Shown: positions 45,517 to 58,185 of the stretch, piece after piece | How positions within the stretch are numbered: the first letter of the stretch is position 1 | Layout of the letters: each line of letters starts with the position of its first letter | Origin: Octopus vulgaris | Lineage: Eukaryota | Assembly: GCA_951406725.2 (NCBI GenBank) | Contig: OX597816.1 | Location: forward strand, 160,766,001-160,830,000 | Length of the DNA stretch: 64,000 bases | Direction of reading: 5' to 3' | Position numbers and translations under genes: made by a program | Notes under the pieces: generated by a model | What the model was told of the DNA's origin: nothing | Seen by the model: the letters and a program-made list of their open reading frames with translations, nothing else | The model's database searches: none

Positions 45517-46629
45517 GTCTGTCTGTCTGTCTATCTATCTGTCTATCTGTCTGTCTGTATGTGTGCGTGTGTGTAAGCAGTTATGGTGTAAACATCAACG
45601 AGAAAATCGGAAAACCGGTGCTCTTTGAACGAAGTCCCCTGTTGCTATTTGTCCTGCTCTGAGGAACAAAGAAATAGTTTTATCGCTCTATCCGTCGGAA
45701 ATGCAGCGAACCAGTGATTGAATTGTTTATGATGTAGAACAAACAACTAAACAAAAAAAACAAACAAATAAATAAACAAATAAATATGTATTCTGAGATC
45801 TGAAGTTCATTGAATGCATTTTCTTCTTCATATCTATTCTCAGATTACCAATTCATCTACGAACTTGTTTTGCAAAAGGATTGTAGCCATTTTATTGTGC
45901 GGCATTATATCCTAACAATTGTTTAACCATTTTTTCTACGAGATATTTCATTTGGTTATCAGATCTGTATTAACATCATTGTAGGCCTCTGGGTAAAGCA
46001 GTGTAAGGGACAGAGCTGGAGTAGGGAGGGCATATCATTGATAAGATCGCGAATGGCGACGCAAGGTCTCTGATGGACCTAGCTGACTGATTCATTGACC
46101 GAGCGATTTATCAACCGATTGGTTAATTGGTTAAATGGTTACCTAGCTAACTAACAATGAAGAACCAGTGCGTGTGTTTATTATTGACATGATGACCCTC
46201 CCAAAATGCAAATAAAAAAACGTTTCGACATGCGAGTTCACCTCAAGAATTTCGATAACCAAATGCAAAAACGAAAGAGTAAACTTTTTCCTTTTCTTCT
46301 TTCTTTTTTTCTAATAGTTTTGTTAATTCGATTACTGTTCTGTTAATATCGATTGTTGTACCAACAACATTTTGGAATAATCTTAATCATGGAGATATGG
46401 CTATTTATCTTTCATTCTTTTATTGATTTCTGTTAGTGGACTGCTGCCATGCTGGACGCCGTCTTCGAACGTTCTGCCAATCAGATTCCAATTGCTATTC
46501 GATCTTAGATTAATTTTATCGATCTTTGTTATGAGATAAAAGTGACCAGCATAAACTGCCACACACACATACGTGTGAGTAGTTTTACGTACACACGCGC
46601 GCGCACATATGATGGACTCCTGCAGTTTC

Positions 46630-47048
46630 TTATCTCTTTATTGCCCACAAGGAGCTAAACATAGAGGGGACAAACAAGGACAGACAAAGGGATTAAGTCG
46701 ATTACATCGACCCCAGTGCGTAACTGGTACTTAATTTGTCGACCCCAAAAGGATAAAAGGCAAAGTCGACCTCTGCGGAATTTGAACTCAGAACGTAGTG
46801 GCAGACGAAATACCTATTTCTTTACTACCCACAAGGGGCTAAAAACATAGAGTGGACAAACAAGGACAGACAAACGGATTAAGTCGATTACATCGACCCA
46901 GTGCGTAGCTGGTACTTAATTTTATCGACCTCAAAAGGATGAAAGGCAAAGTCGACCTCGGCGGAATTTGAACTCACAACGTAACGGCAGAGGAAATACC
47001 GCTAGGCATTTCGCCCGGTGTGCTAACGTTTCTGCCAGCTCGCCGCCG
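46630..47048 (-). mobile_element. SINE B dimer nested in an old SINE A
   Basis: Two B units; the flanks (tctgcagttt duplicated) continue a degenerate SINE A. Confidence 0.85.
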
Positions 47049-47359
47049 TCTGCAGTTTTTGTCTGCTGAATTCCATTCGTAAGCTACAGGTCAAACCAAG
47101 GAAGACATTACTCCGAGGCGACGCGCAGTGTGATCGAACGTGGAACCACATGGATGCCGAGCGGGTTTCTTAACTTCACAACCAGCCCATCGCTTATTCT
47201 GCTTCTAATTATAAAAAAATTATTGTTATTCCGCTGGTTGCTATAGCTTCGTTTGATAGTCTTTTGCCACAGACCACACGCAGTGGGAAATGGTAAATTC
47301 CTGTTCTTAGTTTCATCCCACCAAACAGATAAATAAATGAATCATGGAATATACTTTAA

Positions 47360-47607
47360 ATATTTCGTTTTGGGATTTTGTTTGCAAGATTCTTTATGTG
47401 AGTTCGTGTGTTGAAGCATATTCTGTTGTATCTGGGGAGAGTCACTCTTTTGGTACCTTATAATTTAACACACTATTGAAAAGGTTGCAAGACGTAACGA
47501 AAATTTTAGAAAGATAAAAAAGAAATAAGTGGAAATTTTACCGATGAGTGTGTTAAATTATAAGGCACCAAAAGAGAATGACTCTCCCCAGACACAACAG
47601 AATACTT
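47360..47607. repeat. Fold-back element (family also at 58966-59123 and 63120-63220)
   Basis: Arms tctggggagagtca..ttataatttaacacac and their reverse complement. Confidence 0.8.
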
Positions 47608-47738
47608 TAAATAATCATTACAATATTGACCATTAAGCTTATAAACCTTTTAAAGAATATTCACGTTCAGATTCCCAGTTACCACAATGCCTCTTGGCAA
47701 TATGCTTTTCCATTTTTTACAATCATGGGGCAAGTAAA

Positions 47739-48550
47739 GCGGCGAGCTGGCAGAAACGTTAGCACGCTGGGCGAAATGCTTAGCGGTATTTCGTCTGCCG
47801 TTATGTTCTGAGTTCAAATTCCACCGAGATCGACTTTGCTTTTCCTCCTTTCGGGGTCGATAAATTAAATACCAGTTGTGTACTGGAGTCGATCTAATCG
47901 ATTGCCCCCCCTCCCCCAAAATTTCGGGCCTTGTGCCTAGAGTTGAAAAGAATCGTTAGCACGCCGAGCAAAACGTTCTGAATTCTGAATTCAAAACGTT
48001 CTGAGTTCTGAATTCAAAATCGTTTTGAGGTCGATAAAATAAGTACCAATTGAGTACGGGGCCGGGGTCGATTCGATCGACTTACCCGTTCCCCGAAATC
48101 GCTGGCCTTGTGCCAAAATTTGCAATCAATATTTTGGCGGGGTGTGAGGTGGCGAACTGGCAGAATCGTTAGCACGCCGGGTGAAATGCTTAGCGATATT
48201 TCGTCTGTCTTTACGTTCTGTGTTCAATTTTCGCAGAGGTCAACTTTGCCTTTCATCCTTTCGGGGTCGATGAATTAAATACCAGTTACGTACTGGGATC
48301 GATCTAATCGATTGGCCCCTCCCCCAAAATTTCGGGCCTTGTGCCTAGAGTAGAAAAGAATCGTTAGTACGCCGGGGAAAATGCTTAGCGACATTTATTC
48401 CGTCTTTACGTTTTGAATTCAAATTCCGCCGTGTTTTATTTTGCCTTTCAGCCTTCTGGGCCGGTGAAATAAATACCTCTCAAGTACTGGGGTCGCTGTA
48501 ATCGACAAGTCCCTTTCCGCAATGTTACCGGCTTTGTACTTGTAGTAAGA
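47739..48550 (+). mobile_element. Four tandem SINE B copies
   Basis: Repeated gttagcacgc..aaatgcttagc..ttcaaatt units. Confidence 0.88.
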
Positions 48551-48629
48551 AAGATTTATTTGATTTGGAGGTCAAAAAAATTAATTATTCTAATTAATTA
48601 GGATTTTCTAAAATAGAAATAATAATGTC

Positions 48630-48879
48630 AACAATTGCAGCGTGGAAGGTGTTTATAAGCCATTTAAGAAACACACAAAACCGTTAGATTCACTTCAACA
48701 TTTAAATTTAATTTGTCAAAATATTTTCGTCGCTTTGAGACCGAGCTTTGTCAGTGAACAGGTTGCGGCCTCAAAGCGACGAAAATATTTTGACAAATTA
48801 AATTTAAATGTTGAAGTGAATCTAACGGTTTTGTGTGTTTCTTAAATGGCTTATAAACACCTTCCACGCTGCAATTGTT
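48630..48879. repeat. ~114-bp-arm near-perfect inverted repeat
   Basis: Arms 48630-48743 / 48766-48879. Confidence 0.95.
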
Positions 48880-50227
48880 TTCGTTTCAGCACACGATCTC
48901 AGATCAAGTCACTCGCTATGCAAGTACATCTCCGTAAAATAATAATGTATTACTTCTTTATTCGAACATTATAATCAAAATATAAATCATTTTTCAGTTG
49001 TTTTATTTGTCCTTATATTCTTTTCTACTCTAGGTACAAGACCCGAAATTTGGGGGGCCGGAGCGATCCGATTAGGTCGACCCCTGTACGCAACTGGTAC
49101 TTAATTAATCGACTCCGAAAGGATGAAAGGCAAAGTCAACCTCGGCGGAATTTGAATTTGGTTATATATGTTCCATTAGCTCTTTTGAGGAGTTAAACAA
49201 AACAATGCCGTTAGATTTGGTAAAAAAAATAGCAGCCAAATCTCCCTAAAATTACACTGTAACGATTGGAAAGAAAGACACGTTAGAAAGTGTAATTCAC
49301 TTACTGAAAACAAAAAAGGGCGGAATGGTCATAACTGGAATGCTTCTGCTCATAGGTTTGTACGATCAAAATTGGCCTGTGGTTAAACAACAACAATAAG
49401 CAAACTGAAGATTGACTCAAAAGACTTAACCACTCAGCCAACTCTTTGTACGGTTAAAGCAACAAAGGAGCTTCTAGGTGGTAATTCAACATGCTAAAAA
49501 TAACAGTCAGATCATACTTATATCCTGTCTTGCTGCCTTGAACATGAGAATGAAGGAAACATTACACTGTGGCTGTATCAAAAAAAGGAAAAACATGATG
49601 GTCACGGATAGAACACTGATTCTATGATTTATCTCTCAACCAGGTTTGACTTGGTAATATAATTATCAATAACAAGTTTATTAAATATTTTCTGTTTTTT
49701 ATTCAAAACGCGAGTTATTTAATCGGTGTTATTTTTCATAGAATCCTCATTCTAAACATCTTCCTCCTACTTGTCTTCATCACCATCACCATCACCACCA
49801 TCTTTGTCGTCATCGTCGTCATCATCATCATCATCATCATCATCACATCATCATCATCATCATCAACTTCATCTTCTAAAAAAGGTGGTTTATTTATTTC
49901 TTTGGAGTGGTAATTCCTTCAAGTTGAGTCTAGAAGAAGAAAATTCAAGACAAGTTTATAATAAAGGTATTTAAGAGATATGCAAGCATACGTGTGTACG
50001 TGCTTGTGTGTGCACGCGTGTAGGCAACAAATAGGTGGACACATAGACGGAAGAGCTTTCCAAACAAGGGTATTTTCTGAAACTGCGAGAATTCCCCAGT
50101 TTGAATAGCTGATGAAGGGTAAATTCCACGTTTCTTCCGCCATTAACATACTTCCACGTTTGTTGTGTAAGTACTCCCGTTTATATATATCAATGATCAC
50201 AGCCCTTTTTCAAATTACATATGCATA

Positions 50228-50278
<51 letters not shown>

Positions 50279-50420
50279 GTGTGTGTGTGTGTGTGTGTAT
50301 GTGTGTGTGTATTCTATGTAACCAATGTATTGTTCAAAATGTTCACTTCTGTCTGATGATCAGTGACGTGAAACCTGCCATAACGATTTGTAAAGTCTTT
50401 TGACTTTAAGTTTCTCTCTG

Positions 50421-50493
<73 letters not shown>

Positions 50494-50498
<5 letters not shown>

Positions 50499-50956
50499 GA
50501 AAGAATGGAGTTGAACGACGAATTAACAAAATTCCATTCCTAATTTCGAAGGAATAAGGGGTGCATTATGCCGCCTTCTCATCAGGAAAAGTAAGGAACT
50601 TATCGCTATGGGCTCCGTGTGGGCAGGCATCTAAAAAATTTTGTGCATCTTGATGCTGACATAAGTTCCTTACTTTTCCTGATGAGAAGGCGGCATAATG
50701 CACCCCTTATTCCTTCGAAATTAGGAATATGCAGCCTTCGAAACATATGTCGAAAATAAAATAAAGGAATTTTGTTAATTCAACTCCATTCTTTCATTTA
50801 TTTTTATTCAAAAAAACACACAAATTTCCACACGATAGCACGTGATCTCTGCCCTAGGCATGTAGCTTCAACCGTGTTTTTCTGACGTGAATTTGCTACC
50901 CAGGTATCGGTTAACCGAATTATCCATAATAAGATAATTCCTTCAACTACTCAATT

Positions 50957-50960
<4 letters not shown>
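50494..50960. mobile_element. Penelope-like fold-back with tail (related copy 52570-52772)
   Basis: Inverted arms 50536-50603 / 50661-50728 plus outer arms; in (TA)n. Confidence 0.8.
50674..50756 (+). ncRNA. Canonical-core type I hammerhead ribozyme
   Basis: Stem I ttttc/gaaaa, CTGATGA 50679-50685, stem II gaaggc/gccttc, GAAA 50740-50743, palindromic acatatgt, GTC site 50749-50751. Confidence 0.85.
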
Positions 50961-50995
<35 letters not shown>

Positions 50996-51028
50996 ATACA
51001 TACATACATACATACATACATACATACA

Positions 51029-51059
<31 letters not shown>

Positions 51060-51061
<2 letters not shown>

Positions 51062-51385
51062 GCCCAATTCAAGATCACAGCATACGTGTACACTGCAGCA
51101 TAATTTCTTTTCCTCAATTTAACATTGTCCTATTTAACATTGTCCCGAAAGAGACCAAAGAGGAAAAGGATCCCATCAACTTTAAACGGAGTCTGGATAG
51201 ATTCCTTCAAGGAATACCAGATAAGCCACCCATAATTGGATACAACTCACCCAACAAAAACTCACTACTTGAATGGACCATAAACAAAACTTGACTTAAA
51301 CAGGATTCAAATAATCCTATCAGGTGGTGCTATTAAGTTAGACATGGACTGGACCAATCTTTGGTCGCAACATATTTAAGCTTTA
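51060..51385 (+). mobile_element. CR1-like LINE 3' end (second subfamily)
   Basis: LFNIVPKE..FKRSLDRFLQGIPDKP..NSLLEW*; its tail hairpin recurs inverted at 19510-19560. Confidence 0.75.
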
Positions 51386-51589
51386 TCTATATATATATAT
51401 CTTTCTCTCATTCTCACTCTTTCCATACGTACACGCATGTATGTATATGTATATATATATGCATATGATTATACATACGTATATATATATATATATATAT
51501 ATATATCCTTTCCTGAGCGTTCAATAACATTATACTTGTTCCACGTCCTCGCGTTGTTGTGTTTTCTCTTTGTGTTTTCATCTTTGGAT

Positions 51590-51633
<44 letters not shown>

Positions 51634-51887
51634 GAAATTTACAGAAAAACAAAAGATGAAGACGTGTATAAACAACAAGTAGGTTTATTGGTTTGACACT
51701 CGGGAAGGTGAGAAAGTCTCTTACGTTTCGAGCCTACGCTCTTCAACAGAAAGAAACACGATGAAATATGTAACTAAACAGACTAAACCTTTAAGTCATA
51801 CAAAAACTTAGTCCTACAGTCTTCCATATAATAATATAAAAGTGAAAGCTTAGTATATATATGTGTGTGTATATACATATATATACG

Positions 51888-51928
<41 letters not shown>

Positions 51929-51994
51929 GTATGTATGTATGTATGTATGTATGTATGTATGTATGTATGTATGTATGTATGTATGTATGTATGT

Positions 51995-52345
51995 AGCACT
52001 CCGTCGATTACGACGACGTGGGTTTCAGTTGATCTGATCAACGGAACAGTCTGGTCATGAAATTAACGTGCAAGTGGCTTAGCACTCCACAGACACGTCT
52101 ACTCTTAACGTAGTTCTCAGGGAGATTCAGCGTGACACAAAGTGTCACATGGCTGGCCCTTTGAAATACAGGTACAACAGAAACAGGAAGAAAGAGTGAG
52201 AGAAAGTTGTGGTGAAAGAGCATAGCAGGGTTCACCCAGTGCCGGAGCTTCGTGGTGCTTTAGGTGTTTTCGCTCAATAAACTCAACACCCGATCTAGGA
52301 ATTGAAACCGCGAGTCCGCCGCCCTAACCACTGGGTCATTGCGCC
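51995..52345 (-). mobile_element. SINE family C
   Basis: Reverse copy of 35103-35485. Confidence 0.88.
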
Positions 52346-52393
52346 TTTACATGCGCACACGCACATACACACACACTCAAACACACACGCACA

Positions 52394-52510
52394 CAGGGCG
52401 GGGCAAAATGACGTGACACATTTGTAGGTTTAATAAAAGCGAAATAGAGAAAAGAATGACAAAAATGTTATTAAACCTAGAAATGTGTCAGACCATTTTG
52501 CCCCACCCTG
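52394..52510. mobile_element. Tc1/mariner-type MITE
   Basis: ~40-bp TIRs cagggcggggcaaaatg.. / ..cattttgccccaccctg. Confidence 0.75.
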
Positions 52511-52779
52511 ATCATATATATATATATATATATATATATCTAATATATATATATATTAGATATATATAAAGGAAAATAAAGGAAATTTGTTAACAAGTCG
52601 TTCAACTCCATTCTTTCATAAACTTATATTTTTAAAATAAACATACAAATTTCCGCACGAAAGCACGAAAGGGACGTAACTTCAACCGTGTTCTTTCTGA
52701 TGTGAATTTGCTACCCAGGTATCGGTTATCTTTCGAATTATCCTTAATAAGATAATTCATTCAACTACTCAAATATATA

Positions 52780-52817
<38 letters not shown>

Positions 52818-53270
52818 TATATATACACATGTATAATCGCTATAGCAGTAGTTCTTAATTGGGGTCTATATGATCCGGATGGGACCGTATAAGATTTTGT
52901 GGCTAAAATTTATGTTCAAAACTTGCTGTTACTTCTACAATACACGGAATATTCTAACAATTTTTTAATACAATTCCTAATAATATTTAATCTAAGAATG
53001 TAGATGTTTTAGTGAACCTGGTGTTTGTAATATGTAATTATTACATAATGACGAAACAGTGTGTAGCTCATATTGTGTGTGTGTGTGTGCGCGCGCGCGC
53101 GTGCGTGCGTGTGTATAACAACTCATTTCAGTTGTTCCACTTTTCGAGAAGAAGAAGAAGGCTGAAGAAGTAAAAAGAAGGCGACTCCAACCAAGACCAC
53201 CACCAAATATTAATTATTAGCAACGGAAGCTGTATTAATGCCAAAAGGTAATCTTCATCTCAGACTTAAC

Positions 53271-53418
53271 CTAGATGTCTCGTTAGAACACTTGATACTG
53301 CGTTATTAGTCTTGAGAGATCCTCTCATAGAGGCAGTTGTAGTTTTTGCACCAATCGCCAATATGAGAAGAGCCCTGAAGACTAATGTCGCAGTATTTCG
53401 TCTTCTAAAGACATCCAT
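53271..53418 (-). CDS. Candidate first coding exon with signal-peptide-like N-terminus
   Basis: MDVFRRRNTATLVFRALLILAIGAKTTTAS.., donor ag|gttaag, phase 1. Confidence 0.2.
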
Positions 53419-53439
53419 ATTAAGTTGGATATATATATG

Positions 53440-53636
53440 TGACCGCGTGTGTACCGTTGGCGATTTTTTTCCCTCTGTCTTCCCTTCTCTGGATCTTTCC
53501 TTCTCCTATGTTTCCGACGAAGAGCTCCGCTCGAAACGTTAAACCCTCCTTCTTTCCTGAGCGTCCAATAATACTATATTTGTTCCACGTCCTCGCGTTG
53601 TTGTGTTTTTTTGTGCTTTCATGTTTGGATTAACTA
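53440..53636 (+). mobile_element. Penelope tail with CCGACGA hammerhead variant (copies 59170-59357; 51505-51595 partial)
   Basis: gttt CCGACGA a gagc tcc gctc GAAAC GTT aaac; in (TA)n. Confidence 0.75.
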
Positions 53637-53780
53637 TATATATATATATATATAAATTCAACAACAATTGAGGAACGGCCACAATAGGCCGTTCGACCCA
53701 CTAGAAAGAGCAGCCAGGACTCCAACCGCAAATAGTAGTAATTCCGAAATTTAAGGAAAATTAAAAGAACATTTACCCTA

Positions 53781-53825
<45 letters not shown>

Positions 53826-54172
53826 GTAAAGGAAAGGTAAAGACACCTTTGGTCATGAATGACCATGGGATTGCACCAAGAAAGTTACCCTCCTAGGCAG
53901 GTTGTTTTATGGAAATTCAGTAAGGTTGTTTATGGAAGACCTGCAGTCACCCATGCATACCAGCCTCTCCTCTACATGCCATTGATGTTATCCAAGGGAA
54001 AGGCAAAGGCTGATACAGCTTGGCACCAGTGACGTCACAACTCATTTCTACAGCTGAGTGAACTGGAGCAACGTGAGATAAAGTGTCTTGCTCAAGAACA
54101 CAACACACAACCCAGTCCAGGTATCGAACTCACAACCACATTATTGTAAGTCCGGTGCTCTAACGCCTGAGC

Positions 54173-54225
<53 letters not shown>

Positions 54226-54773
54226 CATATATATATATACACACACACATACATGCACACACATACACACACATATATATATACATATTTACATAATGCA
54301 TACATACATACACACACATATACACATGCACACTCATATATAAATAGATATACACATATGTACATACATATATACATACAAAGACTTGCCGTTGAGTTAA
54401 CTACATACGTGGGAGTCATCAAAGCTAATGAGACCAACGAAGTGCAACAAGGGACCTTTGGAGAAACCAAAATAGGTAATTTAGGTTAAATGATTTTTTT
54501 CTTTGTCAGCCTAATAAGTCAGTACTGAGTCAGTTGTGACTCTAGGTATATGCGAGGGGTGAGTGTGTGTATATATATATATATTTGTAAGAAATTACAC
54601 CAGTCAACTAATTAGATGACATATCAGAGCATGTGTATTGTGTGTGTGTGTTTGTGCTTAAATATCATTTGGTGTTAAAGAAAATTACTCCAGCCTAGTA
54701 ATTAGACTAAACATACTAATATCTCCATGTAATGTTCATTTCCAGATACAAGCATACTCTCAAATACACACAC

Positions 54774-54814
<41 letters not shown>

Positions 54815-55307
54815 TACAACTGTGCAATATGTACACACGTATCTACCCAATTACACATGGATATTTTCAGGTTTCTTGCTTAAGGGTCAACAGAACAACA
54901 GTAGAAGGGTCAGTCCTTAGATGATGAAAGGAGAACTTGTTGGTATTTAGAGAACAATAACCTCGGATTTAGCTTTGATAACTCTTCTAGCTGTCGAAAA
55001 CATATCAAAATGAAACAATGAAATCTGAAGAAATTAATTACGGTCTTCTGCGCTGACAAACAGGGAATACAGACAGTTCACAAGGATAGAGTATGGTACG
55101 TATTTACTCCTGCATGAGTCACATTTCTTTATACTTGCCTTTGACTGAAAAGCTGAGGGACAGACTTTTACACGGGGCAAAGTTAAAATCAAAATTTGAA
55201 TATTAACCATTATGAACCAGTAACACCGGCTTACCGGTGGATGGCTTATTTTTCTCTGTACCGTAGCACCGCTCTACCGATGGAGTGCATCTGGAAGCCA
55301 TGTATAT

Positions 55308-55723
55308 CTCTTTACTCTCTTACTTGTTTCAGTCATTACTTGTTTCACTCTCACTTGTTTCAGACTGCGGCCATGCTGGAGCACCGTCTTTAGTCGAGCA
55401 AATCGGCCACAGAACTTATTCTTTGTAAGCCTAGTAGTTATTCTATCGGTTTCTTTTTTCCGAACTGCTAAGTTACAGAGACGTAAACACACCAGCATCG
55501 GTTGTCAAGCGATGTTGGGGGTGTCAAACACAGACACACAAACACACAAACATATACATATATTCGACGGGCTTCTTTCAGTTTCGTCTACCAAATCTAC
55601 TCACAAGGCTTTGGTCGGCCCGAGGCTATAGTAGAAGACACTTACCCAAGGTGCCACGCAGTGGGACTGAACCCGAAACTATGTGGTTGGTAAGCAAGCC
55701 ACTTACCACACAGCCACTCTTGC
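55308..55723 (-). mobile_element. SINE family A, full length
   Basis: Head, body and tail all present. Confidence 0.9.
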
Positions 55724-55772
55724 AGATCAAATACTGTTCAGGACGTCAGGGCTCAAAGGTTTAAGACAATAA

Positions 55773-56948
55773 GGCGAGCGCTGGCAGAATCGTAAACACG
55801 CATTTCATCCTTTCGGGATCGATAAAAAAATGCAGTTAAGCACAGTGGCCGATTTAATCGGCTTACCTCTTCCTCCGAAATTACCGGACTTGTGCCAAAA
55901 TTTGGAATAAAGTGAGAGCCGCAGACTCATTAGCACATCGGCCAAAATGCTTAGAGGCATTTCCTCCGTCTTTATGTTCTGAGTTCGCATTCCGCTGAGG
56001 TCGACTTTGCCTTTGGTCTTTTCGGGGTCCATAAAATAAATAGCAGCTGAGCATTGGAGTCGATGTAATCAACTTAACCCCTCCCCCGAAATTGCTGATC
56101 TCGGCCAAAATTTGAAACCAAATTATACACGACTAAATACGGTAAATAACGCTCTGAGGAAGGCGGCAAGCTAGCAGAAACATTAGCACGCCGGGCGAAA
56201 TGCGTAGCCGTATTTCGTCTGCCGTTATGCTCTGAGTTCAAATTCCGTCGAGGTCGACTTTGCCTTTCATCCTTTCGGGGTCGATAAACTAAGTACCAGT
56301 TACGCATTGTGATCGATGTAATCGACTTAATCCCTTTGTCTGTCCTTGTTTGTCCCCTCTGTGTCTAGCCCCTTGTGGGTAGTAAAGAAATAGGTACTTC
56401 GTCTGTCTTTATGTTCTGAGTTCAAATTCCACAGAGGTCGACTTTGCCTTTCATCCTTTTGGGGTCGATAAATTAAGTACCAGTTTCGTACTAGAGTCGA
56501 TCTAATCGACTGGCCCCCTCCCCCAAAATTTCGGGTTCCTTGCCTAGAGTAGAAAAGAATAACTGTTACTTTTGTAAGGCATTGAGCTGGGAGAAACGTT
56601 AGCATACCGGTCGAAATGCTTAGCGGTATTTCGTCTGCCGTTACGTTCTGAATTCAAATTCCGCCGAGGTCGACTTTGCATTTCATCCTTTCGTGGTACC
56701 AGTTACGCACTGGGGTTGATGTAATCGACTTAATCCGTTTGTCTGTCCTTGTTTGTCCTCTCTGTGTTTAGCCCCTTGTGGGTAGTAAAGAAATAGGTAC
56801 TTCGTGTGTCTTTACATTCTGAGTTCAAATTCCGCCGAGGTCGACTTTGTCTTTCATCCTTTCGAGGTCGATAAATTAAGTACCAGTGAAACACTGGGAT
56901 CGATATATACAACTAACCCCTCACCTTGTGCCTATAGTAGAAAGGATA
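55773..56948 (+). mobile_element. SINE family B array (about six units)
   Basis: Old copies followed by two young dimers, 56162-56560 and 56577-56948. Confidence 0.9.
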
Positions 56949-57260
56949 ATTACTTATTGACGTAAACCGGGGCAGAAGAGAATTCAAGAGTCCAATGACC
57001 CTACTTATTCCGAAGCAAACGTGAAGATGCAATGAATGGGCTGTGTTTGATTGGGGGTGGAGCGTCAGTCACGAGGATGGGCAATATTGAAAAAAATTCA
57101 ATGTATATATTATATCTATATGCAAATGATGTACCGAATATTTTGTTTTAAAGTATTGATCGTACTACTGTAAGAAATACTCAATGTTATAATGGCGGAC
57201 CAAATATAATTGATTCGCAAACTCCAAGCAACAGGTTCAATCTGTTAGAGGCACTGTCAG

Positions 57261-57262
57261 AC

Positions 57263-57307
<45 letters not shown>

Positions 57308-57337
57308 AACGATGATGATGATGATGATGATGATAAC

Positions 57338-57387
<50 letters not shown>

Positions 57388-57478
57388 CGATGATAATAGT
57401 AACGATGATGATGGTGATGATGATGCTGGTAATGATGACAATGGTAATGATGATAATGATGATAACGATGATGATAAC

Positions 57479-57523
<45 letters not shown>

Positions 57524-57550
57524 CGTTGTTGTTATTGTCGTTGTTGTTCT
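57261..57550. repeat. (GAT)n microsatellite
   Basis: Directly visible. Confidence 0.98.
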
Positions 57551-57692
57551 TGCTGCGTTTGCTCTCCCCCCACCCTCCACACCAGGCCAATCCTGATCAA
57601 ACAACAGACTATGGTCGCAGGCGTTCCAATATTGTCTGAGAATTTCTAATAGCACGATCGATATTTTAGAACAAAATAATATTGTGTATATC

Positions 57693-57734
<42 letters not shown>

Positions 57735-57750
57735 CATACGCATATATATA

Positions 57751-57789
<39 letters not shown>

Positions 57790-58148
57790 AGTGCGCGCGC
57801 GAGTACGTGCGTAAATGCATTTCTGTAGACATATGCACATGAATACTTACATTCATACACACACACACATATATATTAGATAGATAGATAAATAGATAGA
57901 TATACAATTACATGCAGACACACACAAATACATACATGCACATACGTATACATATATGTATATATTTAAATTTAAAAAGAAAAACATTTATATAGAGATA
58001 TACATACACACACATCCATATATGCATTCAAACACACACACACCCCTACATACATGAATATATACATACATATATACACACATACATTCATACACGCATA
58101 CATAAACATACATTCATACGCACATATATAAACACACACACACACACT

Positions 58149-58185
<37 letters not shown>

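Noticed and set aside
45780-46085. Further exon candidates (also 13810-13978, 18430-18572, 24700-24840, 50020-50200)
   Set aside because: Stops in compatible frames or no credible splice-site pair.
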